In this document: in pieces, positions 52,766 to 61,686 of the stretch | How the letters are laid out: each line of letters starts with the position of its first letter | How positions within the stretch are numbered: position 1 is the stretch's first letter | Source of the DNA: Methanomassiliicoccus sp. UBA6 | GTDB taxonomy: Archaea > Thermoplasmatota > Thermoplasmata > Methanomassiliicoccales > Methanomassiliicoccaceae | Length of the DNA stretch: 64,000 nt | Reading direction: 5' to 3' | Assembly: GCA_002508545.1 (NCBI GenBank) | Contig: DAVH01000062.1 | Span: 559 to 64,558 of the forward strand | The notes under the pieces: generated by a model | The model's database searches: none | The model's input: the letters and a program-made list of their open reading frames with translations, nothing else | What the model was told of the DNA's origin: nothing | Translations under genes and position numbers: made by a program

Positions 52766-54019
52766 TCACCGCTTCTTCTTGACCGCAGGGACCTGCTTGG
52801 GCGCTGGCTTGAGGGGAGCGCTCGCCTTCATCGGCGGCTTGGCCACCGAGGCCTTGGGCTTCTCGGGGACCCTGGGCGGGGCCTTCTTCTCGGCCTTGGG
52901 CTTGGGGCGGGGGAGCTCGGGCTCCTCCTCGATCTCGGGCTCCTCGCCGAGGCCTTCGTACTCGACCTCTTCCTCCTCGTCCTCGTCCCTCTCCTTCCCG
53001 TTCTTCTTGACCTTGCTTTCCTTGGCCACCCGCTTGGTCAGCACCCGCTCGTAGATGACCTTCATATACATGGCGTCGTGCTCGAGCAGCGGGGAGGACG
53101 AGATGATCGTGATGTTGGGGTTCTCTTCCGCGAGGTAGTCGGCCAGGGGCTCGAACTTCAGGTCCCCTTTCTTGATGGGGGTGATCCTTCTCTCGTTCCC
53201 GCCCTCGTGCTCCACCCCCGAGAAGTGGGTGTAGAAGTGGCCGTCGACGTAATCGCGGACCTTGTCCAGCAGGGCCCCGAAGTCCGAAGGCTCTCTCAGG
53301 GAGCCGTTCTCGCGGGCGTGGGCGTGGGCGAAGTTGATCACCGGTACGGTGCCCTTGATCTGGTCGCACATCTCCAGGACCTCGTCCAGGGAGCCGAACA
53401 CCTCCTGCCGGCCGCTGGTCTCGAAGCCCAGCAGCGGCTTGATCTTGTTATCCTCCCACCATTCCATGATGGAAGCGATGTTCTCGGTGATGTTCTTCTT
53501 GGCCTGCTTCTTGGTCTTGTCCGGCGCGAGCCCCAGGTGGGTGACCACCAGGTTGCCGTCCATCTGATCGGTCATGATCCCTGCCCAGCGGATGTTGTCC
53601 ATGCACCGCGCGGTGAGCTCGGAGTTGCTGGCGAGGTCCATGTAGTAGGGAGTGTGCATTGACAGCTGGACATCCATCTCCTTGCCCATCTGGCCGAGCT
53701 CGCGGAGCTCGATGAAGTTCTGGGCTAGCCCGGAGGCCAGGGTGATGAGGGCGTCGTCCTCCCGGATCTTCTCGGTGGGCTTGGTGATGCGGACCTCCTT
53801 CTTGTTCTTCACCCGCACGATCTCCATGATCAGGTCGCTCTCCACCTCCAACGGCGAGAGGCCGACCTCCTCCTCGTCCGGAAAACGATCGAAGACGTTT
53901 ACCCTTACCATCTGGACCTCCATGGCGTTGAGACCGAGGCCGTGAACGTCCTCGATGCCGTCCCGGAGGGTCCTGCCCTTACAGGAGAGTGGTATGCCTG
54001 CTGGACCGAATCGAATCAT
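52766..54019 (-). CDS. endonuclease IV-like / xylose-isomerase-like TIM-barrel protein with an internal insert and a Glu-rich then Lys/Pro-rich tail
   Basis: MIRFGPAGIPLSCKGRTLRDGIEDVHGLGLNAMEVQMV...MHTPYY...VTHLG...GFETSG...NFAHAHA...FSGVEH are metal-ligand-like positions of AP endonuclease family 2. The tail is DEDEEEEVEYEGLGEEPEIEEEPELPRPKPKAEKKAPPRVPEKPKASVAKPPMKASAPLKPAPKQVPAVKKKR. Confidence 0.7.
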   Translation of the reverse strand: MIRFGPAGIPLSCKGRTLRDGIEDVHGLGLNAMEVQMVRVNVFDRFPDEEEVGLSPLEVESDLIMEIVRVKNKKEVRITKPTEKIREDDALITLASGLAQNFIELRELGQMGKEMDVQLSMHTPYYMDLASNSELTARCMDNIRWAGIMTDQMDGNLVVTHLGLAPDKTKKQAKKNITENIASIMEWWEDNKIKPLLGFETSGRQEVFGSLDEVLEMCDQIKGTVPVINFAHAHARENGSLREPSDFGALLDKVRDYVDGHFYTHFSGVEHEGGNERRITPIKKGDLKFEPLADYLAEENPNITIISSSPLLEHDAMYMKVIYERVLTKRVAKESKVKKNGKERDEDEEEEVEYEGLGEEPEIEEEPELPRPKPKAEKKAPPRVPEKPKASVAKPPMKASAPLKPAPKQVPAVKKKR

Positions 54020-54204
54020 GATGACACCAATACGCCGAAGTTTCCCCTAAAGATTTACTGATTATGAAGGTTGGTATATATAATTGCTGTTGGCAGCGAT
54101 TGCCCTCTGGAAGTCCTCTGGATATAATAACCTTGTCATTCCAGGTGAGAGGAACCGGGACCAAATCCTTTTGACTTCGCAGGGCTTCACCCGCCACGGT
54201 TGGG

Positions 54205-57200
54205 ATGAGCATTCTGTCAGTGGACCCTGTAGAGATGCGTATCGAGAGATGGAGGAAGAACCTTGTGGACACCAGCCTCCGCAATAGGCTGTTGGATGTC
54301 AAGGAGAGCCGCCTGGGATGCCTCCGGCTGACCAGTCCCTCCCCGCAGGACATCTACCGCACCCTGGTGGAGGCGAAAGGCTGCTTCGACGTCGAGATCG
54401 GTCCCAACGGCTCGGCATCCTTCTCGCGCCGCGATGCTGGCCCTGTCCATCCTGGCGAGAGGGCCAAGAGCGATCGGTCCCTGATGCTCATGCGCACCAA
54501 GGCCAGGGAGGCCATGCGCGAGCAGGGCGTGAACATACTGTTCCTCACCCTCGGCGTCCTGGAGTGGTCCGGTGAAGGGACCCAGGGGCTGAAGGTCCGC
54601 TCGCCCCTGATCCTCATCCCGGTGGAGCTGACCCGCTCCAGCCCGCTCGATTCCTACACCCTCAAGGCCGCCGGGGAACCGACCGGCAATCCCACCCTCG
54701 CCCACAAGCTGAGGTCGGAGATGGCCCTCGCCCTTCCGCCGCTGCCGGAGGGCGCCCTGGACGTCGCGGGGTACCTGGACAGCGTCTCCAGGGCGTTCCA
54801 GCGCCTCGGCTGGGAGGTCAGCGGTACCTCGTACCTCGGCCTGTTCAAGTTCCCCAAGATGTGCATGTACGATGAGCTGGGGCAGCACCGGGCGGCCATC
54901 GCCGCCCACCCGGTGGTCAGGGCCCTGGCGGGAGAGATGCTCGAGCAAACGGCCGGCGAGGCCGCGGAGGACCGCGAGAGCTACCAGGTGCTGGACGCCG
55001 ACTCGAGCCAGCAGGAGGCCGTCTCCCTCGCGCTGAGCGGAGCGAGCTTCGTGCTCCAGGGGCCGCCGGGCACTGGGAAGAGCCAGACCATCACCAACAT
55101 CATCGCCGAGACCATCTCCAGGGGGCGCACGGTGCTCTTCGTGTCCGAGAAGCTCGCCGCCCTGGACGTGGTGAAGAACCGGCTCGACGCCCGGGGCCTG
55201 GGCGATTACTGCCTTGAGCTTCACGATCCTGACGCCAGCCGGCAGGCGGTTATGGACGAGCTCTCCCGGTGCATCTCCGTCCCGCCCCGGTCGGAGCCGC
55301 TGACCCCGGAGCAGGAGGAGCTCGAACGCGCCCGCGCAGAGCTGGACGGTTACGCCGCCGCCCTCCACTGCAAGAGGGACGGCCTGGGCATATCCTTCTA
55401 CGAGCTGCTGTCCCAGCTTACCACGCTGCGCTCCGCTCCCGACCTGCCCATCGGGTTCCCCAACCTCGAGCGCTTGGGATGGAGGGACCTCGGACCGCTG
55501 CATCCCCTGGTGCGGGACATGGAGAGGTACGCGCCCATACTGGCGAGCGGGACCGAGCACCCCTGGTCCGACTGCCTGGTCGACTCCTGGAAGCTCAGCT
55601 CGCAGACCGATATCGTCCACCGGCTGTCCGCCCTCAAGATGGCCATATCCCGCTTGAGGGAGGCGGCGGAGCAGTTCTGCGGCTCCCTGGACCTCGAGGT
55701 CCCCGGCAGCCTGAGAGGGGTGAACGATCTGATCGCGCACCTTCGCGCCGTGATCCTGACCTCCTATCCAGAGGAGAACTGGCTGGCCTCCGATCCCACC
55801 CCTCTGCTCAAGCTCCTCGCCGACTCCCGGTCCGCCTACCAGGAGCTGGGCGACCGCATGGCCTGGCTCAGGCAGAAGTACCGCGAGGACGTCCTCGCCC
55901 TCGACCTGCATTCGATGCAGAAGCGCTTCGATGTCGATCACCAGAGCGCCTTCAAGCGGCTGTTCAGCATGAGCTACCGGCGGGACATGGGAACGCTGCG
56001 CAGCCTGAACCGGGGGGACCGGAAGCTGACCTTCGATGTTGCCAAGGAGGAGCTGAACGAGATCCTCCAGATCTCGGACCTGGTCACCGGCCTGCACGCG
56101 CTGGAGACGGAGTGCGGGGCGCGGCTCGGAAAGCACTTCCAGGGAGAGAACACCGACTGGGAGAAGGTGCACTCGGCGATAGCCTGGACGAAGGATTACT
56201 ACGACCAGTACGGCACCCCGCGGTCCCCCGGGATCGTGCACCTCCTGTGCTCCGGCCCCGACGCCCTGGTGGGCCTGAAGACCAAGCTGGACGAGCTCCA
56301 GGATGTGGCCATGCGCATGGAGAGCGCGGTGTCCGCGGTCGGCGAGCGGTTCATCCTGACCAGGCTGGCCGCCGGACGGACGGTCCACGAGATCCCCTTC
56401 GATGAGCTGACCGCCTGGGCCCAGTCGCATATGGACTCGATATCCAGGTTCCAGGAGTGGGCCGAGACCAGCCGGGTGCGGAGGGAGGCCAACGAGAAGG
56501 GTCTCGGGGACCTGCTGACCCTGGCCACCCAGGGCGCCCTGCCGAGCCAGGGGCTGTGGGACGGGGTGCGCAAGCGCTACCTCCTGCTGTGGCATGACCT
56601 CCTGCTCTCCCGCGACCGCCGGCTCCGGGACTTCGACCACGAGGCCCACGAGCGGACCGTAGCCCGGTTCGCGGAACTGGACCGCCGAAGCATCGACCAC
56701 GCGGCTGCCCGGGCACGGGCGGTCCTCGACGCCCGCAGGGCGGGCATGTGCGATCTCTCCTCGCCGGAGATGGGAAGCGCGCTATGGGTGCTGAAGCACG
56801 AGGTGAGCCGCAGGAAGAACCTCCGGCCCATAAGGGAGCTGTTCTCCCAGGCCTCGGAGCCCATCCAGGCCCTCAAGCCCTGCCTGCTGATGAGTCCCCT
56901 GTCGGTCTCCACCTTCCTCGATCCCCTCAAGGTCAAGTTCGACCTGGTCATCTTCGACGAGGCGTCGCAGGTCCGTCCGGAGGACGCCATCGGTTCGATC
57001 ATGAGAGCAAGGCAGGTCATCGTGGTCGGCGACAACAAGCAGCTGCCCCCGACCGACTTCTTCCGCGAGGTCAATGACGAGGAGGAGGACTTTCCCGACC
57101 TCGAGAGCATCCTCGACGAGTGCTCCTCGTCCATGCCCCAGCGCATGCTGCTGTGGCATTACCGCTCCAGGCAGGAAAGCCTCATATCGTTCTCCAACCG

Positions 57201-58677
57201 CCGGTTCTACGGCGGCCGCCTTATCACCTTCCCTTCGGCGGCGGTCGACCGCGACGGGCTGGGCGTCTCGTTCGTCCATGTTCCCGAAGGGGTGTACGAC
57301 CGAGCCCGCAGCAGGAGGAACGCCAAAGAGGCGGAGCGAGTCGCCGAGCTGGTGTTCGAGCACCTGACCCGCAGGAACGGGGAGTCGCTGGGCGTGGTGG
57401 CGTTCAGCGAGGCCCAGCAGATGGCCATCATCGAGGAGCTGGAGAAGATCACGGCCCGGAGACCCGAGCTCATCCCGATGCTCAGCGATGAGGGCGAGGA
57501 GGGCTTCTTCGTCAAGAACCTCGAGAACGTGCAGGGGGACGAGCGCGATGTGATGATCTTCTCGGTCGGCTACGGCCGCGACGCTCAAGGAAAGATGTAC
57601 CAGAACTTCGGTCCGCTGAACAAGGCGGGAGGGGAGCGGAGGCTGAACGTCGCGATCACCAGGGCCAAGATGCACGTGAAGCTCGTGGCTTCCATCGGGG
57701 CCGAGGACATCGAGGGCGCCTCGAGCGCGGGAGCCCGGCTCCTGAGGGACTACCTGGCATATGCGGCCAGCGGGGGGAGCCGCGAGGCGCTGCAGGACGG
57801 GAAGGAGAGAAGGTACCAGCCGGAGGCGGACTCGCCCCTGGAGGATGAGATCTATAAGGTGCTCACCGCCGAGGGGCTCAGGCTGCAGAGGCGGGTCGGC
57901 TGCTCCGGATACCGCATCGACCTGGCGGTGGAGGACCCGGCCCGTCCGGGCTCCTTCCTGCTGGGGATCGAGTGTGACGGCGCCTCCTACCGCTCCGGCA
58001 GGACCGCCAGGGACCGCGACCGCACCCGGGAGGCCGTCCTCCGGGGGCTGAGGTGGAAGCTCCACCGCATCTGGTCTTGGGACTGGATTACCGACCGAGA
58101 CAAGGAGGTGGAGAAGGTCAAGAGGGCCCTCGCCTCCGCCGGAGCGCCCGAAGATGTTAGCGCTCCCGCCGAACAGGGCGCCGCGGCCGACGGCCCGGGG
58201 AGGCTGGAGAAGGAGAGCTTCAGGCCGGCCTTGCTGGACCTCGTCCGAAGCCATGGGCCGGTGCACCAGGACGTGGCGAGGGATATGCTCGACGACCACG
58301 TGCATCGGCCCGAGGACGCCGACCGGGTGCTGTCGGAGCATCTCTATGCGCTTACCACGAACGGCACGCTGGTGGTCAGGGACGGGTTCATCTGGCCGGC
58401 CGACATGACCGCCCCTCCGGTCCGCCAGCCCGCCGGCAGGGAGCCCATGGCGCTCGAGTACGTGTCCCTGGAAGAGATCGGGGAGGCCGAGCTGTATAAC
58501 ATGGGCGGGAACACGGAGATCTCGAGGGACATGCTCATCGAACGCACCGCGGCGTTCTACCGGCACGAGCGCCTGTCGGACCACGCCAGGGAGCGGCTGG
58601 AGCTCGCGCTGGACATGCTCATCGATTCCAGGCGGCTGGTGCCCCACGGCAAGGGCCTGCTGCGCAGGGCCAGATAA
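54205..58677 (+). CDS. Upf1-like SF1B helicase fused to a Vsr/DUF559-type PD-(D/E)xK nuclease domain and C-terminal DUF3320-like region (DUF4011-type N-terminus)
   Basis: 1490 aa. Helicase motifs are I VLQGPPGTGKSQT, II LVIFDEASQV, III VVGDNKQLPPT, V VQGDERDVMIFS and VI LNVAITRAKMHV. The nuclease core GYRIDLAVEDP...LGIECDGASYRSGRTARDRDRTRE...GLRWKLHRIWSWDW follows. Confidence 0.85.
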   Translation: MSILSVDPVEMRIERWRKNLVDTSLRNRLLDVKESRLGCLRLTSPSPQDIYRTLVEAKGCFDVEIGPNGSASFSRRDAGPVHPGERAKSDRSLMLMRTKAREAMREQGVNILFLTLGVLEWSGEGTQGLKVRSPLILIPVELTRSSPLDSYTLKAAGEPTGNPTLAHKLRSEMALALPPLPEGALDVAGYLDSVSRAFQRLGWEVSGTSYLGLFKFPKMCMYDELGQHRAAIAAHPVVRALAGEMLEQTAGEAAEDRESYQVLDADSSQQEAVSLALSGASFVLQGPPGTGKSQTITNIIAETISRGRTVLFVSEKLAALDVVKNRLDARGLGDYCLELHDPDASRQAVMDELSRCISVPPRSEPLTPEQEELERARAELDGYAAALHCKRDGLGISFYELLSQLTTLRSAPDLPIGFPNLERLGWRDLGPLHPLVRDMERYAPILASGTEHPWSDCLVDSWKLSSQTDIVHRLSALKMAISRLREAAEQFCGSLDLEVPGSLRGVNDLIAHLRAVILTSYPEENWLASDPTPLLKLLADSRSAYQELGDRMAWLRQKYREDVLALDLHSMQKRFDVDHQSAFKRLFSMSYRRDMGTLRSLNRGDRKLTFDVAKEELNEILQISDLVTGLHALETECGARLGKHFQGENTDWEKVHSAIAWTKDYYDQYGTPRSPGIVHLLCSGPDALVGLKTKLDELQDVAMRMESAVSAVGERFILTRLAAGRTVHEIPFDELTAWAQSHMDSISRFQEWAETSRVRREANEKGLGDLLTLATQGALPSQGLWDGVRKRYLLLWHDLLLSRDRRLRDFDHEAHERTVARFAELDRRSIDHAAARARAVLDARRAGMCDLSSPEMGSALWVLKHEVSRRKNLRPIRELFSQASEPIQALKPCLLMSPLSVSTFLDPLKVKFDLVIFDEASQVRPEDAIGSIMRARQVIVVGDNKQLPPTDFFREVNDEEEDFPDLESILDECSSSMPQRMLLWHYRSRQESLISFSNRRFYGGRLITFPSAAVDRDGLGVSFVHVPEGVYDRARSRRNAKEAERVAELVFEHLTRRNGESLGVVAFSEAQQMAIIEELEKITARRPELIPMLSDEGEEGFFVKNLENVQGDERDVMIFSVGYGRDAQGKMYQNFGPLNKAGGERRLNVAITRAKMHVKLVASIGAEDIEGASSAGARLLRDYLAYAASGGSREALQDGKERRYQPEADSPLEDEIYKVLTAEGLRLQRRVGCSGYRIDLAVEDPARPGSFLLGIECDGASYRSGRTARDRDRTREAVLRGLRWKLHRIWSWDWITDRDKEVEKVKRALASAGAPEDVSAPAEQGAAADGPGRLEKESFRPALLDLVRSHGPVHQDVARDMLDDHVHRPEDADRVLSEHLYALTTNGTLVVRDGFIWPADMTAPPVRQPAGREPMALEYVSLEEIGEAELYNMGGNTEISRDMLIERTAAFYRHERLSDHARERLELALDMLIDSRRLVPHGKGLLRRAR

Positions 58678-58714
58678 TCCTCGGAAGGCCAGGGAAGGCT
58701 TATCCGGGAAAGGA

Positions 58715-58729
58715 AAGTTTAATTAATAC
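58715..58729 (+). promoter_or_regulatory. TATA-like box for the L18e-L13-S9-RpoN operon
   Basis: AAAGTTTAATTAATA lies about 45 nt upstream of the ATG at 58770. That ATG is preceded by GAGGGAG. Confidence 0.45.
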
Positions 58730-58769
58730 CTGCCTATTAGTGGCCTTACTCAATGTCGAGGGAGTCAGA

Positions 58770-59132
58770 ATGAAGAAGACATTAAAGACGGATCCCAACC
58801 TGGTGGCCCTCATCAGCGACCTGAAGAGGGAGTCCCGGGAGAAGGACACCGCCATCTGGCGAGACATTGCTCTGAGACTGGAGAAGCCCAGCAGGAACTG
58901 GGCCGAGGTCAACCTGAGCAAGCTGGAGAGGTACGCGAACGAGGGCGACGTCATCGTCGTCGCCGGCAAGGTACTGGGCGCCGGGATCCTCAAGAAGAAG
59001 GTCACCGTTGCCGCGTTCAAGTTCTCCGAATCCGCATCCGTTGCGATCGAGAAGGCCGGCGGGAAGAAGATGACCATCACCGAACTGGTCGCGGACAACC
59101 CGGCCGGGACCGGCATCAGGATCATGGGGTGA
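58770..59132 (+). CDS. rpl18e: 50S ribosomal protein L18e (eL18)
   Basis: MKKTLKTDPNLVALISDLKRESREKDTAIWRDIALRLEKPSRNWAEVNLSKL...VVAGKVLGAG. Confidence 0.9.
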   Translation: MKKTLKTDPNLVALISDLKRESREKDTAIWRDIALRLEKPSRNWAEVNLSKLERYANEGDVIVVAGKVLGAGILKKKVTVAAFKFSESASVAIEKAGGKKMTITELVADNPAGTGIRIMG

Positions 59133-59137
59133 ACAAG

Positions 59138-59557
59138 ATGGCCATAGTGATCAACGCAGAGGGCCACATCCTGGGACGCCTGAGCACCAACGTCGCCAAG
59201 CGCCTCCTCAACGGAGAGGATGTGATCATTGTCAACGCCGAGAAGGCGATCATCACCGGCAACCGGGACGTCGTGTTCGACAACTACCGGGCCAAGTACA
59301 AGAGGGGCAAGCAGATCAACGGGCCTTTCTTCCCCAAGAGGGCCGATCTGATACTAAAGAGGACCGTGCGCGGCATGATCCCCTTCAAGTCCTCCCACGG
59401 CAGGGAGGTCTACAGGCACCTCAAGGTGTTCGTCGGCGTGCCGAAGGACATGGAAGCCGCCAAGATGGAAAAGGTGGAGAACGCTACGAACCTGTGGACC
59501 GACAAGTACGTCACCCTGGGCGAAGTGGCCGAGCACCTGGGATCGAGGCTGAGGTGA
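59138..59557 (+). CDS. rpl13: 50S ribosomal protein L13 (uL13)
   Basis: MAIVINAEGHILGRLSTNVAKRLLNGEDVIIVNAEKAIITG...RTVRGMIP. Confidence 0.92.
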   Translation: MAIVINAEGHILGRLSTNVAKRLLNGEDVIIVNAEKAIITGNRDVVFDNYRAKYKRGKQINGPFFPKRADLILKRTVRGMIPFKSSHGREVYRHLKVFVGVPKDMEAAKMEKVENATNLWTDKYVTLGEVAEHLGSRLR

Positions 59558-59562
59558 ATTAA

Positions 59563-59964
59563 ATGGCAGAGGTATCTAACACCAGCGGCAAGAGGAAGGA
59601 GGCCGTGGCCAGGTGCGTCGTCAGCGCCGGCACCGGCAAGGTCAGGATCAACAACGTCCCGATCGAGATCTTCACCCCTGAGCTCGCACGCCTCAAGATC
59701 ATGGAGCCGATGGCCCTCGCCGGCGAGAAGGCTTCCAAGGTCGATGTGTCCGTCAATGTTGCGGGCGGAGGGTTCATGGGCCAGGCCGAGGCATCGCGCA
59801 CCGCGATCGCCAAGGGCCTGGTCGACTTCCTCAAGGACGAGGAACTGGAAAAGTTGTTCAGGGATTACGACCGCTCGCTCCTGATCAGCGACCCCCGCAG
59901 GAAGCTTCCGAAGAAGCCCCTGGGCCGTGGCGCCAGGAAGAAGAGGCAGAAGTCCTACAGGTGA
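59563..59964 (+). CDS. rps9: 30S ribosomal protein S9 (uS9)
   Basis: GKRKEAVARCVVSAGTGKVRINN...GGGFMGQAEASRTAIAKGL...DPRRKLPKKPLGRGARKKRQKSYR. Confidence 0.93.
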   Translation: MAEVSNTSGKRKEAVARCVVSAGTGKVRINNVPIEIFTPELARLKIMEPMALAGEKASKVDVSVNVAGGGFMGQAEASRTAIAKGLVDFLKDEELEKLFRDYDRSLLISDPRRKLPKKPLGRGARKKRQKSYR

Positions 59965-59970
59965 GCTGAC

Positions 59971-60162
59971 ATGATCATTCCGGTACGGTGCTTCACTTGC
60001 GGTAAGGTCATAGGGGGCGTCTACCAGACGTACCTCAAGCGGGTGCAGCTGGGGGAGGACCCCCAGCAGGTGCTCGACGACCTGGGGCTGAAGCGCTACT
60101 GCTGCCGCCGTATGATCGTCGCGCACGCCGACCTGGTGGACGAGGTCATCCCCCTCGGCTAA
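59971..60162 (+). CDS. rpoN: DNA-directed RNA polymerase subunit N (Rpo10)
   Basis: [15 protein letters not shown]...[13 protein letters not shown] is the zinc-binding CxxC...CC motif. Confidence 0.93.
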   Translation: MIIPVRCFTCGKVIGGVYQTYLKRVQLGEDPQQVLDDLGLKRYCCRRMIVAHADLVDEVIPLG

Positions 60163-60200
60163 ACCTTAATAAACCTCTTCGCTTTAACCCCTTTATCCAC

Positions 60201-60276
60201 GGGTCTGTGGGGTAGCTTGGTATCCTTCCAGCTTGGGGTGCTGGTGACTCCGATTCAAATTCGGACAGACCCACCA
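60201..60276 (+). tRNA. tRNA-Pro (anticodon GGG), CCA encoded
   Basis: GGGTCTGTGGGGTAGCTTGGTATCCTTCCAGCTTGGGGTGCTGGTGACTCCGATTCAAATTCGGACAGACCCACCA. The anticodon loop is TTGGGGT with G37, and the acceptor stem has 7 bp. Confidence 0.9.
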
Positions 60277-60373
60277 ATTTTCCCATTATTCTGCAGTTTC
60301 GGTCATCAAATGCTAGCCCGCCTGCGTTTCAATACGCTCCCCTATTGAATCGGGGCTTGGTGAGGCCGCCACT

Positions 60374-60379
60374 AAAAAA
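60374..60379 (-). terminator. oligo-T tract downstream of the ABC transporter operon
   Basis: On the minus strand, CCCTTTCCCTTTTTTAG lies about 35 nt after the permease stop. Confidence 0.3.
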
Positions 60380-60411
60380 GGGAAAGGGTTTGGGTTTGCG
60401 GGCCGGGACGC

Positions 60412-61686
60412 TTACTTCTTCTGCCGCCTCCCAGCAGCATTGGCTGCCCTCTTCTTCCGGCCGGTGATGAGCAGGTCCTTCTTGAACAGCCACACCGCCG
60501 CGGCCACGGTGATGGCGGCGAACAGCAGCTGGTAGGCGATGCCAGCGAACACCAGTCCGTAGTCGTCGAACATGAGGTTGTTCATGGCCATCATGGGGTG
60601 GGTGAAGGGTATGGCGAACAGGAGAGCCTGCAGGAAGACAGGCAGGGTGTTGAAGTCCTTCATCATGAGCACGAAGAAGGGCATCATGGCCATGAACATG
60701 ATCGGGAGGGTGAGGCTTTGGGCGGACTTGTAGTCCCGGGCCATCGCGCCCAGGAGCATGCATAGCGCCAGACCGCTCAGCACCGAGAGGAAGAGGGATA
60801 TGCCCACCAGGACATAGTCCATGGTTCCCAGGACGAGCCCGTACTTTGCCACGTCGATCACGGCGGACCCCTGCATCCCGGTCATGTAGTAGTTCATCCC
60901 CACCATGTAGATGAGGGCCATGAGCAGCCCGACCGCTGCCGCTCCCCCTAGCTTTCCCAGCACGATGTGGCTACGCTTGACCGGCATGGTCAGCAGGGTC
61001 TCCAGGGTCTTGTTCTCCTTCTCCAGGCCCATCGAGGATATGACCGTGCTGCCGGACATCATTATCATCAGCATGACCACCAGGGGCACGATGAACGACT
61101 GGGACGAGAGCATCGAGGAGATGGTGGAAGGAGAGACCCCCTCGATGGACTTTTCCTTGAAGAAGGTGGTCTCGCTCCTGATGGTCGGGGAAAGGACCAT
61201 CGATGCGTTTGAGGACGAGCCTTCTTCGATCATCACCCTGGAGATCTCGGTGTTGACCTGGACGATGATGGCGTCCACCACCGAGGAGGAGATGGAGTCC
61301 ATGATGCCCGCCCCGGACATTATCCAGTAGACGGCGATGGTCCCGGGACGTTCGCTGCTGATGTTGTCGCCGAATTCCTCGGGGATCACCAGGAGGGCGG
61401 TCCCGCTCGCCGAGGAGACCGCTTCGAGCCCCTCGTCGATGTCCGCCCCGCTGTAGACGATCTCGGTGTGATTGCTTATGGTATCCCGGGCAAGCATTGA
61501 CCAGGAGCTGTCGGTGTCCTGGACGATGAGCCCGATGCGGGGAGGCTGGGACGCTTCATCCTGCACGCCGCCGATCATCCCCCCAAGGGAGGCGAACAGC
61601 ACGGCCATGATCACCACCGGGATGATCGTGGCCACGGTCAGCAGCTCCTTGATCTCCTTGATCATGATATTGGACAGCGCCTTCAT
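60412..61686 (-). CDS. ABC-2 type transporter permease (NatB-like)
   Basis: 424 aa. An N-terminal TM segment is followed by a large extracytoplasmic loop and a C-terminal 5-TM bundle. ATGA overlap with the upstream ATPase gene. Confidence 0.8.
   Translation of the reverse strand: MKALSNIMIKEIKELLTVATIIPVVIMAVLFASLGGMIGGVQDEASQPPRIGLIVQDTDSSWSMLARDTISNHTEIVYSGADIDEGLEAVSSASGTALLVIPEEFGDNISSERPGTIAVYWIMSGAGIMDSISSSVVDAIIVQVNTEISRVMIEEGSSSNASMVLSPTIRSETTFFKEKSIEGVSPSTISSMLSSQSFIVPLVVMLMIMMSGSTVISSMGLEKENKTLETLLTMPVKRSHIVLGKLGGAAAVGLLMALIYMVGMNYYMTGMQGSAVIDVAKYGLVLGTMDYVLVGISLFLSVLSGLALCMLLGAMARDYKSAQSLTLPIMFMAMMPFFVLMMKDFNTLPVFLQALLFAIPFTHPMMAMNNLMFDDYGLVFAGIAYQLLFAAITVAAAVWLFKKDLLITGRKKRAANAAGRRQKK

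Noticed and set aside
52224-53369. 381-aa minus-strand ORF
   Set aside because: Only the 3' 179 codons (from the ATG at 52763) encode the SIS-domain hexuloisomerase. The upstream part is an alternative frame of the endonuclease IV-like gene.
54217-58647. Minus-strand ORFs of 827 aa (54217..56700) and 621 aa (56782..58647)
   Set aside because: They are antisense shadows of the 1490-aa helicase-nuclease gene, which carries complete SF1 motifs. The shadow translations are low-complexity.
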